DNA from: an uncultured PS1 clade bacterium
GTDB taxonomy: Bacteria; Pseudomonadota; Gammaproteobacteria; PS1; Pseudothioglobaceae
Direction of reading: 5' to 3'
Assembly: GCA_943846775.1 (NCBI GenBank)
Contig: OX044368.1
Coordinates: 283,153 to 347,152 of the forward strand
Length of the DNA stretch: 64,000 bases
Below are positions 62,734-64,000 of the stretch, one piece after another (within the stretch, counting starts at the first letter, position 1; each line of letters opens with the position of its first letter). Below the pieces are notes generated by a model, which saw only the letters and a list, made by a program, of their open reading frames with translations, was not told the DNA's origin and made no database searches. The position numbers and the translations under genes were made by a program.

Positions 62734-63914
62734 GTGCGATACTCCGCATTAATCTTTACATAATCATAAGAAAAATCAGTAGTCCATACACTTTCTTGAA
62801 GATTGCTACTACCAATTGAAATATCAATCACAATATCAGTTTTCTGCATTTGCTCACTTCCGCGTGCTTCTGTATAAGTAGGATCAGGCTCGCCAGCTCT
62901 GATTAGACCAACTGAATTAAGATCAATATCAATGTCACTAATACTCAAATTTTTAATATTAGCCCGGCCAACCGCCGCCAAAATTCGACCCCAGTTAGCG
63001 TCAGAGGCAAATAAGGCAGTTTTAACCAAAGGAGAATGTGCAACGGTATAAGCTACCTCCAAACAATCTTGACTACTCACACCACCTTTAACGCGTATTT
63101 CAACAAACTTGGTTGCTCCTTCACCATCTTTAATAATTTGATGTGCTAAAGATTTTGTTACCTCATTTAACGCCTGTTGGAATTCATCGTCACAATCTAC
63201 AATATCCACGCCGCTTGCACCAGTTGCACTAAGTGTACAAGCATCATTTGTAGACGTATCTCCATCTACGGTAATTCGATTAAAAGATTGATTAGTAGCG
63301 CTATATAGACAAGTCTGCAGTTGTGATTGTGTTGCTTTAATATCGGTAAAAATAAAACTTAGCATAGTAGCCATATCAGGACGAATCATGCCTGAACCCT
63401 TTGCTATACCCGCAATTGAAACAGTTTTTCCAGCCACTTTAAATGTTGCAGAGTGGGTTTTTTCTACTAAGTCTGTAGTTAGTATGCCTTGGGCCACATC
63501 ACTCAAACCACCATCTGACAACTGAGCGGTGACGCTTGGAATACCCACCTCAAACTTAGATAAATCAAGTTGTTGACCAATCACGCCCGTTGAAAAAGGC
63601 AGCACTTGTTCTGTTTTAATACTCAACTCATTGGCTAAAATTTCACAAGTTTTCACAGTATTTTTTAATCCTTGCGCACCTGTACCTGCATTGGCATTTC
63701 CACTATTAATCAACAGTGCGAGTGGCGCTTGCTGTAAGTGGTTCTTAGCCACTAAAACAGGGGCGGCGCAAAATACATTTTGTGTAAATACACCTGCTGT
63801 TTTTGTTCCTTTGGCTAGTGAAATAACAGACAAATCTAGAGCATCATTATTCTTAATATGCGCATTCATTGCGCCACAGGCTATACCTTTAATTTTTAAT
63901 AATGCTTGACTCAT
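62730..63914 (-). CDS. argJ: Bifunctional ornithine acetyltransferase/N-acetylglutamate synthase
   Basis: NSGNANAGTG, STGVIG, KGSGMIRPDMATML, DGDTSTND, DGEGATK, INAEYRT. Confidence 0.97.
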   Translation of the reverse strand: MSQALLKIKGIACGAMNAHIKNNDALDLSVISLAKGTKTAGVFTQNVFCAAPVLVAKNHLQQAPLALLINSGNANAGTGAQGLKNTVKTCEILANELSIKTEQVLPFSTGVIGQQLDLSKFEVGIPSVTAQLSDGGLSDVAQGILTTDLVEKTHSATFKVAGKTVSIAGIAKGSGMIRPDMATMLSFIFTDIKATQSQLQTCLYSATNQSFNRITVDGDTSTNDACTLSATGASGVDIVDCDDEFQQALNEVTKSLAHQIIKDGEGATKFVEIRVKGGVSSQDCLEVAYTVAHSPLVKTALFASDANWGRILAAVGRANIKNLSISDIDIDLNSVGLIRAGEPDPTYTEARGSEQMQKTDIVIDISIGSSNLQESVWTTDFSYDYVKINAEYRT

Positions 63915-64000
63915 GATGGGGTAAGAAATCCTTAATAATTAAGGGTATTTTACTGACTTACGAAGTTTTTGACGATTTTTTATCTAGATACTGAAAAATA

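Overview
A 64 kb, AT-rich, gene-dense chromosomal segment of a streamlined gammaproteobacterium. Gene content, sequence style and a CbbR-like regulator suggest a SUP05/Thioglobaceae-type chemolithoautotrophic sulfur oxidiser; this is inference, as no rRNA is present. Most of the window is housekeeping: radA-nrdR-glyA, thrS-infC-rpmI-rplT-pheST-ihfA, recJ, lspA, fabI, ppiD, tRNA-Asp/tRNA-Val, hupB, ccmCDEG, tsaB, rpsF-rpsR-rplI-dnaB-alr, hisS-yfgM-der, pyrG, msbA, ung, pdxB, purU, argJ. I saw no transposase, integrase, prophage, CRISPR array or rRNA. Best leads: (1) an operon of an FMN glutamate-synthase-like protein, a ThDP enzyme of the cyanobacterial OgdA-like type and an ALDH21-like aldehyde dehydrogenase, which may be a glutamate -> 2-oxoglutarate -> succinic semialdehyde -> succinate bypass; (2) a secreted dihaem cytochrome c-DUF302 fusion plus a second DUF302 protein behind an FNR-type site in class II promoter geometry; (3) a CbbR-like regulator divergent from a CnoX chaperedoxin rather than from RuBisCO; (4) an MsrA-thioredoxin-MsrB triple fusion; (5) an orphan 60-aa gene with a structured leader and its own terminator; (6) a frameshifted Gate-domain membrane gene. 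All product calls come from motif recognition by eye, not database searches.
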